From Octopus sinensis (lineage: Eukaryota), in contig NC_043013.1 of NCBI RefSeq assembly GCF_006345805.1, positions 24,304,001 to 24,368,000 of the forward strand: DNA of 64,000 bases, in the 5' to 3' direction. Position 1 is the first letter of the stretch, and every line of letters starts with the position of its first letter. Position numbers and translations under genes: made by a program. Under the pieces are notes generated by a model that saw only the letters and a program-made list of their open reading frames with translations, was not told the origin of the DNA and ran no database searches. Below, one piece after another: positions 11,200 to 24,535 of this stretch.

Positions 11200-11247
<48 letters not shown>

Positions 11248-11364
11248 CATACTCACACACACATACATACATACATACATACATAATTACATACACACGA
11301 GTGAGTATACAAACGAAAGAAGGTCATTCAAGACATTTATTGAGAGTTACACACACACACACAA

Positions 11365-11682
11365 TTGGCACCGCGACTGCTACGACGACAAATGTTTCAG
11401 TTGATCCAATTAACGGAACAACCTACTTGTGAAATTAATGTGCAAGTGGCTGAGTACTCCATAGACGCGCGTACCATTAGCATTGTTCTCAGAGATTAAG
11501 CGCTACTCAGAATGTGACAAGGCCAGCCCTATGAATAAGAGTACAACTCATTGTTGCCAGCTAAGTGGGCTGGAGTAACGCGAAGTAATGAGTGTTGCTC
11601 AACGACGCAAAATACTTTCGGTAATCGAACTCACGACCTTACAGTCATGAACCGAATACTCTAACCACTAACCCAGGTGCTT
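11365..11682 (-). mobile_element. Old SINE related to family C
   Basis: Shares gtgaaattaatgtgcaagtggctgagtactcca and tgtgacaaggcc with 10281-10636, plus a reversed tRNA-like head. Confidence 0.7.
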
Positions 11683-12339
11683 TCTCTTTCTCTCTCCTCC
11701 CTGTCACCCTCTCTCCCTGTACGTATGTATTGTCAATTATAATCTGCATTCTGGAGTCATGATCGGGTCGTCGGCAACCAAACTAGCTTCTCTACTACAA
11801 TTAGTTTTATGAAGAGAGTTATTATAAAGACAACAGAAATACGAGAGTTGTCAAAGAATGGACGAAACCCTCTTGAAACGACCAAAACCAAAGCGCCGAT
11901 CATAGCAGTTGAGAGATGGGGTGAGTATTTGGGAGTGATGGGCGTTTGGTTTTACTCAAAGCATTCATTTGAAAACTGAAAAACTCCGAATTTTAACCTC
12001 CCACTACCTTGTCTACTGCATTGGTTAATGAAGACTTGAGAGAAACCCTAATAAAAGATTTGCAGTTGATGCCCCACCTCTCTTCAGATCTTTCCATGTC
12101 CTTGAGACATGGTAACTGATGTTTTGAGTGTAATATTTTTGTTGTACAAACGTTTGTCGCAATAATTTCTACGAGATACCGGCAGGTCATGTATTCTTCA
12201 TTCCTCATGAAGCTGTCCAAGTGGAAGTTCGTGTTTAGTTGCAGATCAACTGACACCAGGATTTACAGATACAGGTCACACTAGATTTGATGTGTATATA
12301 CATGTTTGTGTGTGTTTGCCTGTGTACATACATATAAGG

Positions 12340-13200
12340 CTAGTGATACCTTTGGTAGGCTTCACAACCGTCTCTGGTCGCACCCCAGTATATCTATCCA
12401 AACTAAAGTTAAGGTTTACAACACAAGTGTTCTGCTGGAAGTGAGGCATGGGTTATTTATCGTAAACATTTGAAGCATCTAGAACGATTCCATCAACATT
12501 GTCTTTCGAAAATTCTTGGGATAAACTGGAGAATGGCGACCAGTGATGTATCAATATTTGAGAGAAGTTGTAAGAGGGTAGAATCAGTCATTCTGTAAAG
12601 TCGTTTCAAGTTGCGTGGACATCTGGTGAGAATGAACGATAAAGGTCTTCCTAGGCAACTTTTGTATGGTGAGCTGAACGATCGTAAAAAAGCCAGCACA
12701 TAAACCCAAAATGAGGTTCGAAGAATTGCCTTCAAACTGTTTTGATACAAACAGAAATTTCAGGAACAGAGAAACACAAGACCGAAATTGATGGAAGAAA
12801 AGGGCCACGGTAGTTGTTCGAAGTTTGAAAGAGAGAGAATGAAGCACAAAAAGATGAAAAAAAAAAAGAAGCTTAGAATGAACCTGAGGAAAATGAGGGA
12901 GTGTTGATTTTTACGTGTGTGACTTGTAGGAGGAAACGCTTAAGATATGCAGACCTGGTCAACCATCAAAAAAGCCACGGGAATCGATCCCTTTGTAAAT
13001 TATAATACAGCTATTGTGTGACAATGGAACAAGTGCAACCTACGGATAGGCGTGTCATTCAGTTGGCGGATTAAAAAGACATGCTAAATGACTTCATCCT
13101 GTGGTACCGGTTCCTTCTGCTGGCCGGCACAACTGTGCATTATACATTAAAATGTGCAAATCTTTGACGGGATCAAGAGTCACATAAGGGCCTCACATTG
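12340..13200 (+). pseudogene. Decayed RTE-clade LINE, C-terminal ORF fragment
   Basis: Translates to LERFHQHCLSKILGINWR and GHLVRMNDKGLPRQLLYGEL, with C-terminal zinc-finger remnants. Many stops. Confidence 0.8.
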
Positions 13201-13214
13201 CATTATATATATAT

Positions 13215-13434
13215 ATAGAATGGTTGTATACTGTCAATCTAACAAGAACGTGACAGTAGGGGGTACACCACCGCTGTATAGCCCTAGGAAGCATCGAACG
13301 CCTGATAGCTTTGACACATTTTTTCCCTGTGTCAAAGCTATCAGGAGGCGTTCGATGCTTCCTAGGGCTATACAGCGGTGGTGTACCCCCTACTGTCACG
13401 TTCTTGTTAGATTGACAGTATACAACCATTCTAT
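13215..13434. repeat. Near-perfect 220 bp fold-back (hairpin element)
   Basis: Arms 13215-13318 and 13328-13434 are exact reverse complements apart from one 3 nt indel; the loop is 9 nt. The mirrored ORFs 13154..13471 and 13193..13429 are by-products. Confidence 0.95.
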
Positions 13435-13516
13435 CGCCCCACCACCGTACATGTCTCTACGAGAGATTTAGAAATTCAATATTTCTTATCTATCTATCTA
13501 TCTATCTATATATATG

Positions 13517-13563
<47 letters not shown>

Positions 13564-13612
13564 CACACATACATACACGCTCACACACACACACACACAC
13601 AACACACACACA

Positions 13613-13659
<47 letters not shown>

Positions 13660-14689
13660 ATTAAATTAAATGTCCACGACCTTTTAAAAGCTATTTAAAT
13701 CCAACCAAGCTAGCAGTACCAATTTCTTAAATAGGTATAACGCTATATTTAGGAGGCAAAATAATTTGGAATGTTTTAAATTTATTGTTGTCGCATCTCA
13801 TGGATATTAACGATAAAAGTGAAATGACAAGCCTCCAACCAAAAAATGGAAACAGGATGGCAGCTGGTCTGGGAACTCGTCACTGTATTCCAGCAGCTGT
13901 CAGTCAGGAAATATGATGTCCCACTACTAAACACAAAAACAGTTATGTAGGTGATTGGTTCTATCTGAATATAAGGGGAAATTTCATTTAATTAAGAAAT
14001 TTTGACGTCCGGCATGCAGTTCATCACTATTTAACTTGTATAAATGTCAAATATTGCCTCGATACGCTCTTATCGTTTCTATTGATCTCCGCCTCATGTT
14101 AGTCATTGGAATCTTATCAGGCTGTGAATCACTTCTTGGGCTTCCACAGTTGAAGCGTAAATAGTTTACGACTTTAATTACTGAGCTTCAGTTGACTACC
14201 GTCACTAATAGTAACTGTATAGAACGAATTTAGGTCGTCCGATCAAGCTCATCACCACCGACGAGGACGATGACGACGATGGAAAATAAATACTATTACA
14301 ATCCCCATCTATTCACTTTCATAAAATATTGTGAACTCAATAGTTGATATTCCGTAGTGGTACTGATTGCTGCGATAGTAAGGGATCCTGGTAATGGTGG
14401 TGATCGCAGTCGTGGTGATAATGAAAGTAGTAATTTATGGAATTCAGATAGTAAATTTTGGTGAAGGAATCAGAGCATGCCTGTAACTCTTTCTACAGTC
14501 GTCGGTCATCAATTCTAGTTTTTATTGATCACAGAAGAGAAATGAAGTTAGATGCTACTTTTTCCGTGTAGTGTGTTATCGTAAGCCATCATGTGTGGGG
14601 AATAGTTATCATAGAAAGTCTTGGATCAAATCCAAAGTTCTCCTGCAAAGATAAAAGGTGGCGGAGAATTCTTGTTTTGGGTTTAGACC

Positions 14690-15300
14690 GGTAAAATGGA
14701 GTTGAACTTTAAAATACACGCTGGTAAATTCATTTATTAATTTTGCAGTGCTGATGTTACCTATTCAGATTGAAATGTCATCTAAAAACGAGAGGGGAAC
14801 TTGGAATATTTTTTTCCTGAATAAACTGTGTGGACAAACTTATAGGTATACTGAATGATCATAATCTGACCTGATACCATTTATTTACCTGTCTCTACCT
14901 TGATTCTATTAAACACATAACTCGATTGAAACTTTGCCTTTTGTCAATTTTCATTAGGCAGCTATAACATCTATGCAGTTTAGGATGCAGTTTAAGTTGG
15001 ATTTTTCTTGCTTCTCATTTAGTGGACAAAGTATTTGTGAAGTCTAAATCTACTGACAAGCAACTTGAGAAGAATGCTTCTTGTACCAGTGTTGATCATG
15101 ATCTAAAACCAGTAAAATTTAAAACTAGTATCGGTTGGTTAGATCTTTTAAAAACTGTTGTCATATTCACAATGTAGAGTGAATTCAGCCCAAGTAAAGT
15201 GACAACAAGATCACCCCACAAAAAAAAACTTACTGTTTTGTAAGTTTGTCCCCAGCAGATTCAACATTCTTTTTAAGCAGAAAGTTAACCCGAGCATTAA
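14690..15300 (+). mobile_element. Highly decayed pogo/Tigger-like transposase fragment
   Basis: KFKTSIGWLDLLK at ~15115-15155 resembles the FxASxGW motif of CENP-B-type HTH domains. Confidence 0.4.
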
Positions 15301-15447
15301 TTTGTATGTACCTATTGTCTGATGTCATCAGACATAAGATAACATGAAATTTATTCTGAATCATAGCTTCATAGACAGATAAATAAAAAGATAGAAAGAG
15401 AAAAGCGGAATAAAGCGGTGTGTGTGTGTGTGTATGTATATATATAT

Positions 15448-15497
<50 letters not shown>

Positions 15498-18400
15498 ATA
15501 TAGGGAGAGAGAATGAGAGAGGCAGGATAAATCGAGAGATATAGAGAAGGGGCTGAGATAGGGGGAGATAGAGATAGATAATATATTAATGTATTAACAG
15601 ATAACTGATTTGATAGAAGAATAGATAGGCACGTAAAGACAGAATGATAGAGATAGAGGCAGGTAGATAAAAATATAAATATAGTTAATTAGATTAATAG
15701 TAAACAAGAGAAGCAATTAAACCTGCAGATAGATAGGTTGTTAGCTGGATGTAAAGGTAGATGGAGGTGGACGGAATTCTCCTAAATTTCTTTTGAAAGC
15801 AGTGTCCACGTTTACCATTCTGAGATTCCAAGTGTACCTGAACACTTCTGCAGTGCCTGTGTCTTCAATGTATATAAAAAGCACCAAATGTTGGTATATC
15901 CTGTTTCTTGAGATTCTCAACGTGTTCCGTTACTAATGAAATACGCTGTTCTCTCTCTCGACGGAAGTTAACAGCTAATTTCTACAACATACAGAATAGC
16001 TGCGAACAAAAAGCACTTGTTTAGACATGCAGACTCAGCTTTCTTCTTCTTCCCATTTACAAATCGCTGCTTACTATGTCTCGTTTATTTCTTCACTTCT
16101 TCCTTCTTTCTTTCCTGCCCTTTTCACCTCTACTTCTCATTTTCTGTAGCCCCCCACTTATAAACGCTAGAAATGACCCGGAGATTTTGGGATATGAAGT
16201 TGATATTTACTTAATTTTAAGAAAAATAAAAGTGCCACTCCATTTTATCTTAACTGATTTCATTTGTTGTTCTGGCAATATGCCCCGAACGGTTTATTTA
16301 ATATCTTTATTAGTAGATGGTACTGTTTAAGTATCACCTGAAGCTAATGTTTTCAGGTGATTTAGGAAGCAGAGAAATGTTGCATAATTTTAACAAAATA
16401 TTCTTTTATGATTTAACACGAGTTAAAGTGTAGGAGAAGTGGTTCTCTGTGTGGTAACTCGACCTGCTGGAAACAACAATAAAATCTTCCTTAAACTGCA
16501 CTTTAATGATTAAAAAGGTGGACACATTGAATAATACACTCCAGCCTGGGAATATGACGTAATGGTCATGGCTGGAGTGCCTGCTCAATGAAGTCTGACC
16601 CTCAACTAATCACTAATGTTGCCCTAACACAAGATCAGTAATTTTCTTGAGGAGACATGAGTCATCTCCAGTCCTCGACTGCTGAATTATTTTAATGATC
16701 TTGGAAGGATAAAAAGCAAAATTTGAACGTGGCGGGATTTGAACTCAGAAGTTAAAGTGATGTAACTCACAACGTATTTTATTTGTCGCTCTACTGATTC
16801 TGCCTACTCACTCGCCTTCCAACATCAATAATAAACTGTGTTGATTACATTTAAGGAAGAGGGAGATTTTTCAAAACCCTTTTAATGCGAATATGCAACA
16901 ATAACAGAACCAAATAAATAAATAAATGAATGAATTAATTAATTAACTCTCGTATATTCTAATTACTTAGACAGAGTCAGCATTCGATGTCAAAGCCTAA
17001 TTAGGAATAGAGTCCTACTTGACCTTATTTTGCTCGAAAGAAGAGAAAAGAAAAAAAAAATGATGGCTCCTGCCGCCATCATCATCATCATTATCATCAT
17101 AGTAGCAGCAGCAGCAGCAGCAGCAGCAGCGTCCTTTATCAATGCTTTGATTATCGCTGCCGCCATCAAAACCGCCACCACCGACACCTTCTTACTCTCA
17201 AAGCGGAAGTAAGAATGCATTAATTTTTAAAGTAATAAAAGTAGCAAAAGTATTAAAAAACACAACAACTTTCCATGAATAAGGAAATGCAAACAGAATG
17301 GGAAATTGTGAAAGAATTTAGCTAATTATTTTTGTTCGACACAATGCAGCATTTCAGGAGAAATACTTTGAGCTCTCCGTCATATGTTATCGGATATCAA
17401 ATTTGATATCAAGAATTTGTATTAAGGACTTCTTATATAATATACCTACATCGTGTTGTATTCAGATTTTAAAAGATTGGTTTACATAAACACGCTCAAT
17501 TTCAAGGAGAAAGTACGAATGTTTATTTTTAATTGTTGAGCAAGTTTTGCTTGTTATAGCTTATATAGAGTATCGTAATTCCCACATGATTGCTAATGGT
17601 TTTAACAATTTCTCCGATTAGTTTCTGATAACAAAATGTTTATTGTAAAGAAAAGATGAAACCATCAAATAAATACCAACCAAAAATACTCCTGCACGGC
17701 ACGCCAACGAGCAAAAGAAGTGGTCCTACGGTCGAAATAACAACCAAATTTCCATCAAGTCACAGACTGCTATCTTAAAAATAAAAAAAGAACGAATTTA
17801 TTGGATAATGCAAATCTGGACGCATTATTCTTTTACTGGTTCGGGGTGGGGGTGGGGGAAGCAGGAGCACCAAACGAAGAACTTATTTCAACCTGCTATC
17901 TGCTTCATTCATCTCTATTGAATTATTAAATTACCCTTCTTTTTTGTCACAACACCCTTTTATACCTTGGTAAACATAAACATGCATACAGGAATTCATG
18001 CATGCATGCATACATACATGCATTCAAATACATACATAATACATATATATATGCATACATTCATACATATATAATACATTCACATACATACATATATACA
18101 TACATGTTTATATGTATACATACATGCATGTATGCATACATACACACATTCACATGAATACATTCATACATAAAAGCCTTCATATATGTATACATACACA
18201 CGTACATACATTCACACACATACATACATACATACATACATAACATTTCCTGTTTGGTTTGGCCCTCGGCAGATACTCCTGCATTCCACTCTGTTGTATA
18301 TAAACTCACTGGGTCAAAAAGTCGTCTTGGTGATTAACTGTACCCTGACGGTGTCCAACCAATTGAGGAATACGGCGTGCTGCCCATGTATAACAAACAG

Positions 18401-19347
18401 TACATAGCAGTGCTTGGTAAGACATACTCGCAATCAATGGATTTTAACGTCGGTGGTAGCGCATTCCCCACCCATCACTGTGAACTATGAAAGCTCACAA
18501 GGGGACGGTAAATATCAAGGTGTGTTATGGGGTGGACTGTGTATTTAGAAGAGTCGGCATTGTTTTTAGTAATATGATATTTAAGCCGGATAGAATAAAT
18601 TATAATTTAAACATTTACAAAAAAGTCTTTGTGCAGAACCTCGTATCATCAGTGAGCAGAAACCGAGCTGAGGATGTACCAAGGTCCACTATAAGTTCTT
18701 TATGCAAGACGTTGCTTTCTTTAGTAATTCTCACTATTCTACGCTAATATCTAAAAGAAGGCAAACGCAGATCGGTTTGTATAGGAAAATATGGGTAATA
18801 AACCACTGTGTAAAAGTAGCTCCTGTTTGATCACTTAACTCCCTTTTTTTGCATCTCATTAAAAAAAAAGACAATTTCCAGCGTATCGGACATCCACTTC
18901 TCTCTAATGACAACTGTAATACTTCTTTCTTTTAAACACATTTTTGTCTATTTCTGCAATGACCCATCAAGTTGTGCTAGGTTTCACAACAAGATTTATT
19001 TTACGAAGATAACACTGAACACTCACCTACTGATGTCTCCAATGTCAGTTTATACTCACCCACCAGAAGCTGCTGAGTGACGACATCCTTTGACGAGAAG
19101 TAAAGTAATAAATTAAACGTTAAATATTCCCTTTCTAAGGTTCATTGTTTCCCTTCCACCTTTGCGTCGTCTCCGAGTTCGTCTCTGTAATCTATGCACA
19201 AACCAGAATTGCAATTATTACATTCTTTTTGTAAAAGAAGAAGAAAGGTCACAGAAAACTCACATTGTTTTTCCAGTGTATTACAGACTTGAATTTCAAA
19301 TCGTTGGTGGTCTGTAGAAATGTCAGCAATATCAGAGGAAGGTTAAT

Positions 19348-19728
19348 AGGAGTGGCTGTGTAGTAAATAGCTTGCTTAGCAACGACATGGTTCTGGGTTC
19401 AGTCCCACTACGTGGCACCTTGGGCAAGTGTCTTCTACTATAGCCTCGGGCCGACCAAAGCCTTGTGAGTGGATTTGGTAGACGGAAACTGAAAGAAGCC
19501 CGTCATATATATATATATATGTGTGTGTGTATGTATGTTTGTGTGTCTGTTTGTCCCCCTACATCTCTTGATAACCGATGCTGGTGTGTTTACGTCCCCG
19601 TAACGTAGCGGTTCGGCAAAAGAAACCGATAGAATAAGCACTAGGCTTACAAAGAATAAGTCCTGGGGTCGACTAAAGGCGGTGCTCCAGTATGGCCACA
19701 GTAAAATGACTGAAACAAGTAAATGAGT
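19348..19728 (+). mobile_element. SINE family A
   Basis: Full-length match to 1680-2090. Confidence 0.9.
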
Positions 19729-19789
19729 GAGGAAAATAGCTTTTATATGTAGAAGATGCACAGGTGCAATAAAGACCGAAAATGTATGA

Positions 19790-20752
19790 AGAATAGACTG
19801 CAACTGTCAGCAGGGTAAGCTAGAGGTAGTAGATAACTCCCATTATCGAGGTGATCAAGTTAGTGGCGGAGGTGGATGCTCCGAGAGCGTAGCTATAAGA
19901 ATAAGCTGAGCAAAGTTCAGAGAGCTCCTACTTCTGCTGGCAACAAAGGGCCTCTCCTTCAGAGAGAAAGGCAGACCGTATGATGCCTGTGTGCTAACAG
20001 CTATGCTACATCGCAGTTAAACATGGGCTGTGATAGACGAGGACATGCGTAGGCTTGAAAGACATGAAGCCAGCAGGTTTCGCTGGGTGTGCGTGTTCGA
20101 CAGAGTGTAAGCATCTTGAGAGAAAAGTTAGGCGTAAGAGGAATCAGATGTGGAACGAAGAGAGACGACTGCGCTTGTATGGTCATGTGATGCATATGGA
20201 CGAGGACAACTGTGTAAAGAAATGCCGATCTCTAACTGTGGTAGATGCAGACCTAGGAAGACACGGGGCGAAGTGGTGAAGCATGACCTTTGAACTTTGG
20301 GCCTAACAGAGGTGATGACTAGTGACTAAGACTTTTGGCGATATGCTGTGCTTGAGAAAACCCATCAAGCCAAGTGAAATCGTATTCGTGGCCGAGGCCG
20401 GTGTCATGTAACTAGCACCCGTGCCGGTGACACTTAAAAAGTATCTTTCGAGCGTTGGGCCTCACGGAGGCAATGACCAAGACCTTTGGCATTGTGTTGT
20501 GCTTGAGAAGACCCATCAAGCCAAGCAAAATCGCAGTCATGGCAGATACCGGGGCCGCGCAAATGACACCCGTGCCGGTGGCACGTAAAAGCACCCATTA
20601 CACTCTCAAAGTGGTTGGCGTTAGGAAGGGCATCCAGCCATAGAAAACCATGTCAAATCGGACTGGAATCTGGTGCAACCTTCCAGCTTGCCAGCTCCGG
20701 TCAAACCGTCCAACTCATGCCAGCATGGGCAACGGGCATTAAATGATGATGA
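19790..20752 (+). mobile_element. Decayed RTE-clade LINE 3' end
   Basis: KLEVVDN...AKFRELLLLLATKGLS...YDACVLTAMLH...TWAVIDEDMRRLERHE...RLRLYGHVMHM. The 3' UTR ends in (tga)n. Confidence 0.82.
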
Positions 20753-20794
20753 TACACACACGCACACACACATGTATACATGCACACACACACA

Positions 20795-21152
20795 GGCGCA
20801 GACGTGACTGTCTGGTATGAAACTTGCTTCCCAACCACGTTTCTGGGTTCAGTCCCACTGCGTGGCACCTTAGACTGATGTCTTCTATTATAGTCTTGGA
20901 TCGACCAAAGCACTGTGAGTGGATTTGGTACACGGAAACTGAAAGACGCCTGTTGTGAGTGTATGTATGTATGTATGTATGAGTGTGTATGCCTTTGTGT
21001 TTCTTTCCCATCACACCACCATTTGAAAAGTTGGTGTCGGTGTGTTTACATCCCCATAGTTTTTACGGTAGGGGGCGATCCATTCGACTAAAAATTCTTC
21101 AAGGCGGTGCCCCAACATGGCTGCAGTCTAATGACTGAAAGAAATAAAAGAT
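20795..21152 (+). mobile_element. SINE family A, diverged
   Basis: Head gggttcagtcccactgcgtggcacc and tail aaggcggtgccccaacatggctgcagtc. Confidence 0.85.
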
Positions 21153-22463
21153 GTATAGATAGACACACGCGCATGCGCGTATGTACGTCCTTCCGACTGA
21201 TTTGAAGTTCCTGATTCAAGGGTTTTCCTATTCCACTCTTGGATTACGCTACCTTGGAGTTTGTCGTCTTTGCACTTTTGCTTCTGTTTCTGTCTGTCTG
21301 TCCTTCGATCTAAGCATATTGAAACATATATATTTATTCACACATTCATAGATGATACACAAGTCCAAGATAAATTCAGCAAACCTTTTGTATACGTGTG
21401 TGTGTGTGTGTTTGCACGGGCGCATTCGTGACGTTATTTAATTACAGCTTGTGTAACTTGATTGCCAACAATTCCAACTCTGTTACAATACTAATTCCCT
21501 CCCCAACTCAAATGCCTGTTACCCCCTCCCCCATCCGTCTGATGCTACAATTGCTTCCACTCCCCTATTTTAACCTGGCACCAAGACAATTCGTGACGCG
21601 ACAATAATGTAAACATGACAAATAAACACCAATATATCCTGCCATTTCGGGGGTTTTGTGCACAGTTTTAGTGACACTATGCTATGAAAATGATAAACGT
21701 TTAGAGTCAAAAGAAGAATAAAGTAAGTCTGACCGAACGAGACTCTATTACGGTTTTTTTTCTGACTCATGACTCACGTATTTTACTCTAGATAATTCTG
21801 GAATGTTGTTGTAAGTTAACGTAATTGCTAAATGAGAAACGAACAGTCTGGCGGTAGGAACATTGCATTGAAGTTTCAGAAATAATTCGCGTTGGGAAGT
21901 CAGAAGTAGGATTTAGATTTGGGATTCTATGCGGCGTGTGTGATATATATATATATATATATATATACAGAGAGAGAGAGAGAGAGAGAGAGATGAGAGA
22001 AAAAATGGAATTCACGAGATTCTTTATTATTAAATACGATCGTTTCGACCCAGCGTGCGTCGGTGCCTACAAACATGCTCTACAAACAGTTGTGGTGCAT
22101 CATATGTGCGGATGTCTTTCAGAACGAAAAGCATCAACCTCAGTATAGAACTGGTATTTTTATTATAGACACCCCCCCATCCCGAAAAGATGAAAGATAG
22201 AACTGACTTCGGCATATTTCGAACTCAGAGCGCCAGGATGATTATAGTAGTTTCGCTTATTTCTGTTCGAATACATTTTTTGAAGTTGTAGCGTGTTTCT
22301 TGTCTGACGTGAAGGAATTCTTGGAATAAATCCAGCAGCATATACCTCGCTATTGTTGATGACATCAGGTAGCTGAATTCTGTGAACAGGCTTTAAACAG
22401 CATACAAAGTGTACATACATACATGCATGCATGCATACAAACATACATACATACATACATACA

Positions 22464-22494
<31 letters not shown>

Positions 22495-22789
22495 GTGTGT
22501 GTGTGTATACAAGAAAATTTGTTTTTGAAAATGCACATGAATTTGAAAAGCATCTAGTTGTTTTTAAATAGATTTATTCACACACATACCAAACCAGTTT
22601 CACTATTTTTTTGTTTATCAATGGTAGAAATGTATACAAAACAATGGGATTTTAATAGATTTTCAAGTTACGAAGTAGAAATTGTACAAACTTGCTTAAA
22701 CGATCAAATGTTCACCTAAAATTCAATGACAGAGATATATAATATTAAAGTAAATGTTTGGCGAAGACTATAATAAACGTAGTGCTAAA

Positions 22790-24535
22790 GGTTCGGTCAT
22801 ATTCAGTTTTTATAGAATACGTGGGTAACAGAGAAAAAAAGTAAGAAAGAAAACTGTTTTTTACAGTTTTTGTCGTCTTACAGCCTTGGTCTTTTCGCTT
22901 TTAACGGAGTTTTGGGGGAATCAGAGAATATCTTGCGTATATATATATGTTTTTACTCGAAGGATCTAATTTTAGATTCATTGTAATTTTGTTGATGTCT
23001 TAATCTTTCTGGTGGATGTTTTTGGTCAACAAATAGATTTTGTTTTGGCATTTTTTGTTGTTGGTTGGTTGGGTTTCTTGTACATAGGAACAAGTTTTGA
23101 TTGGTAGTGGGTTTCGTGACGTCATTTTATTTTGATAAAGAACCTGTTTTTGTGCTGGTCAAGTTTGGTGTTCTGCTTGGTTGACTTCGTGTGTAGACTC
23201 GGTCATTAGTGTTTGCCTAATGGTCATCAACCGTTCCGGCTGGTTTATTCTCTTAAGGAGTCAGTTTTGATTTCTTCTGACGGCACGGTTCTGATCGGAG
23301 CTAAATTTTCATTGGTCTAGTGAGAAGTGACGTCAGCAACTGGTGTTTGAGAAGGTGTATGGTCTTGTTGTACAGTGATTTGGAGTTGGGGTTTCGAAAC
23401 TCAGGAGGGAGCCTGCTACTAAAGTTTTCGAATTATGTCTGTTGTATCTGGTTAACTTTTTTTTTGTGGAGAAATTGAGTTTTCTTCTTTCCGGTGTGTT
23501 ATTAAAGGATATTTAGTTGCGGTTTATATTTTTTAATGAGCATGTTTACCTTATCCAGTCGGAATTGGGTTTAAATGTTTCCAGTGCATTGATAGAAAGG
23601 GGAGATCTGGTGTTTCGGGTTTATGCCAGAATCCTTGGCAACCCCCTCTCTCTCCCTCTCTCACACACACAACACACACACATGAATGTGTGTATGTGTG
23701 TATGTTTCGGGCATTGACCTAGGTGTTTGCTTACAGGAATTTTCTTGGTTGTGGGGTCCCAGATTTGTTGCCCGTGTACTATCAGTCTGTCCCTCAAAGT
23801 CAAATTAGTTTGATCTGTGTCATCTCCATCACACCCATCATATTTGAAGACATAAATTAAGTTCTTCGACGCACAGGGGAAGTGATTTTTTTTTTATGGT
23901 GAAAGTTTGACCTGGCTTAAATTTATGTTGAGCCTTCCAAGAGGTAGATGCAAGTCCCGCAGTTAGGGCGGTTGCATTTTTTGACTAGTGGGGTTGTATT
24001 TTTGGTGGGTAATTTGGTGCTGGTAAGTACCTTATTTAGGGATTGCGTTTATCTCTTGCTTTTAATAATTCTATGTATTTCCAGAGCTGTTTTCACTCGC
24101 AGGTCTTTCATAAGGAGGGGTATGTTTTGATGGATGATGAATGCTTCCATGTTGCTCGGATTGTGTGTTGATATGTAAGACAGTTTTAAGTGTGTCATGG
24201 TGTTCTCTTGTTTTTCGTAGCTCTTGGATGTCTATCGTTTTTGCACGCTCTATTCCGTTTTTGATTGAACTAACCGGGTATTTTCTTTCTAGTTATGTGT
24301 TTTTAAGTTGTTGGAGTCGTGCAAATTCTTCTTGCCAAGTTGAAAGGTATATTGATTTTAGTATGTTTTGGGTGGCAGGAAGAGAATAGAAGATATTGTT
24401 TCGAGTCCGTTGGTTTAAAGCAGATGTTGGTTTCAATTTTAGGGTCACTTTTTATGATTAAAATGTCCAGGAAGGGTAGCTGTTTGTGGCTGCATTCCAT
24501 TGTAAATTGGATACCGTGGTTAATGCTGTTAAGTC
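22790..24535 (-). mobile_element. Penelope-like element, decayed (RT C-terminus, GIY-YIG region, 3' UTR)
   Basis: ORF 24303..24500 (LPFLDILIIK...KPTDSKQYLLFSSCHPKHTKINIPFNLARRICT) and ORF 23621..23803 (TLRDRLIVHGQQIWDP...PVSKHL) carry PLE hallmarks. Confidence 0.9.

Noticed and set aside
18487-18747. ORF faintly resembling a Tc1/IS630 transposase segment
   Set aside because: No catalytic motif or TIR pair could be identified; too degraded to call.
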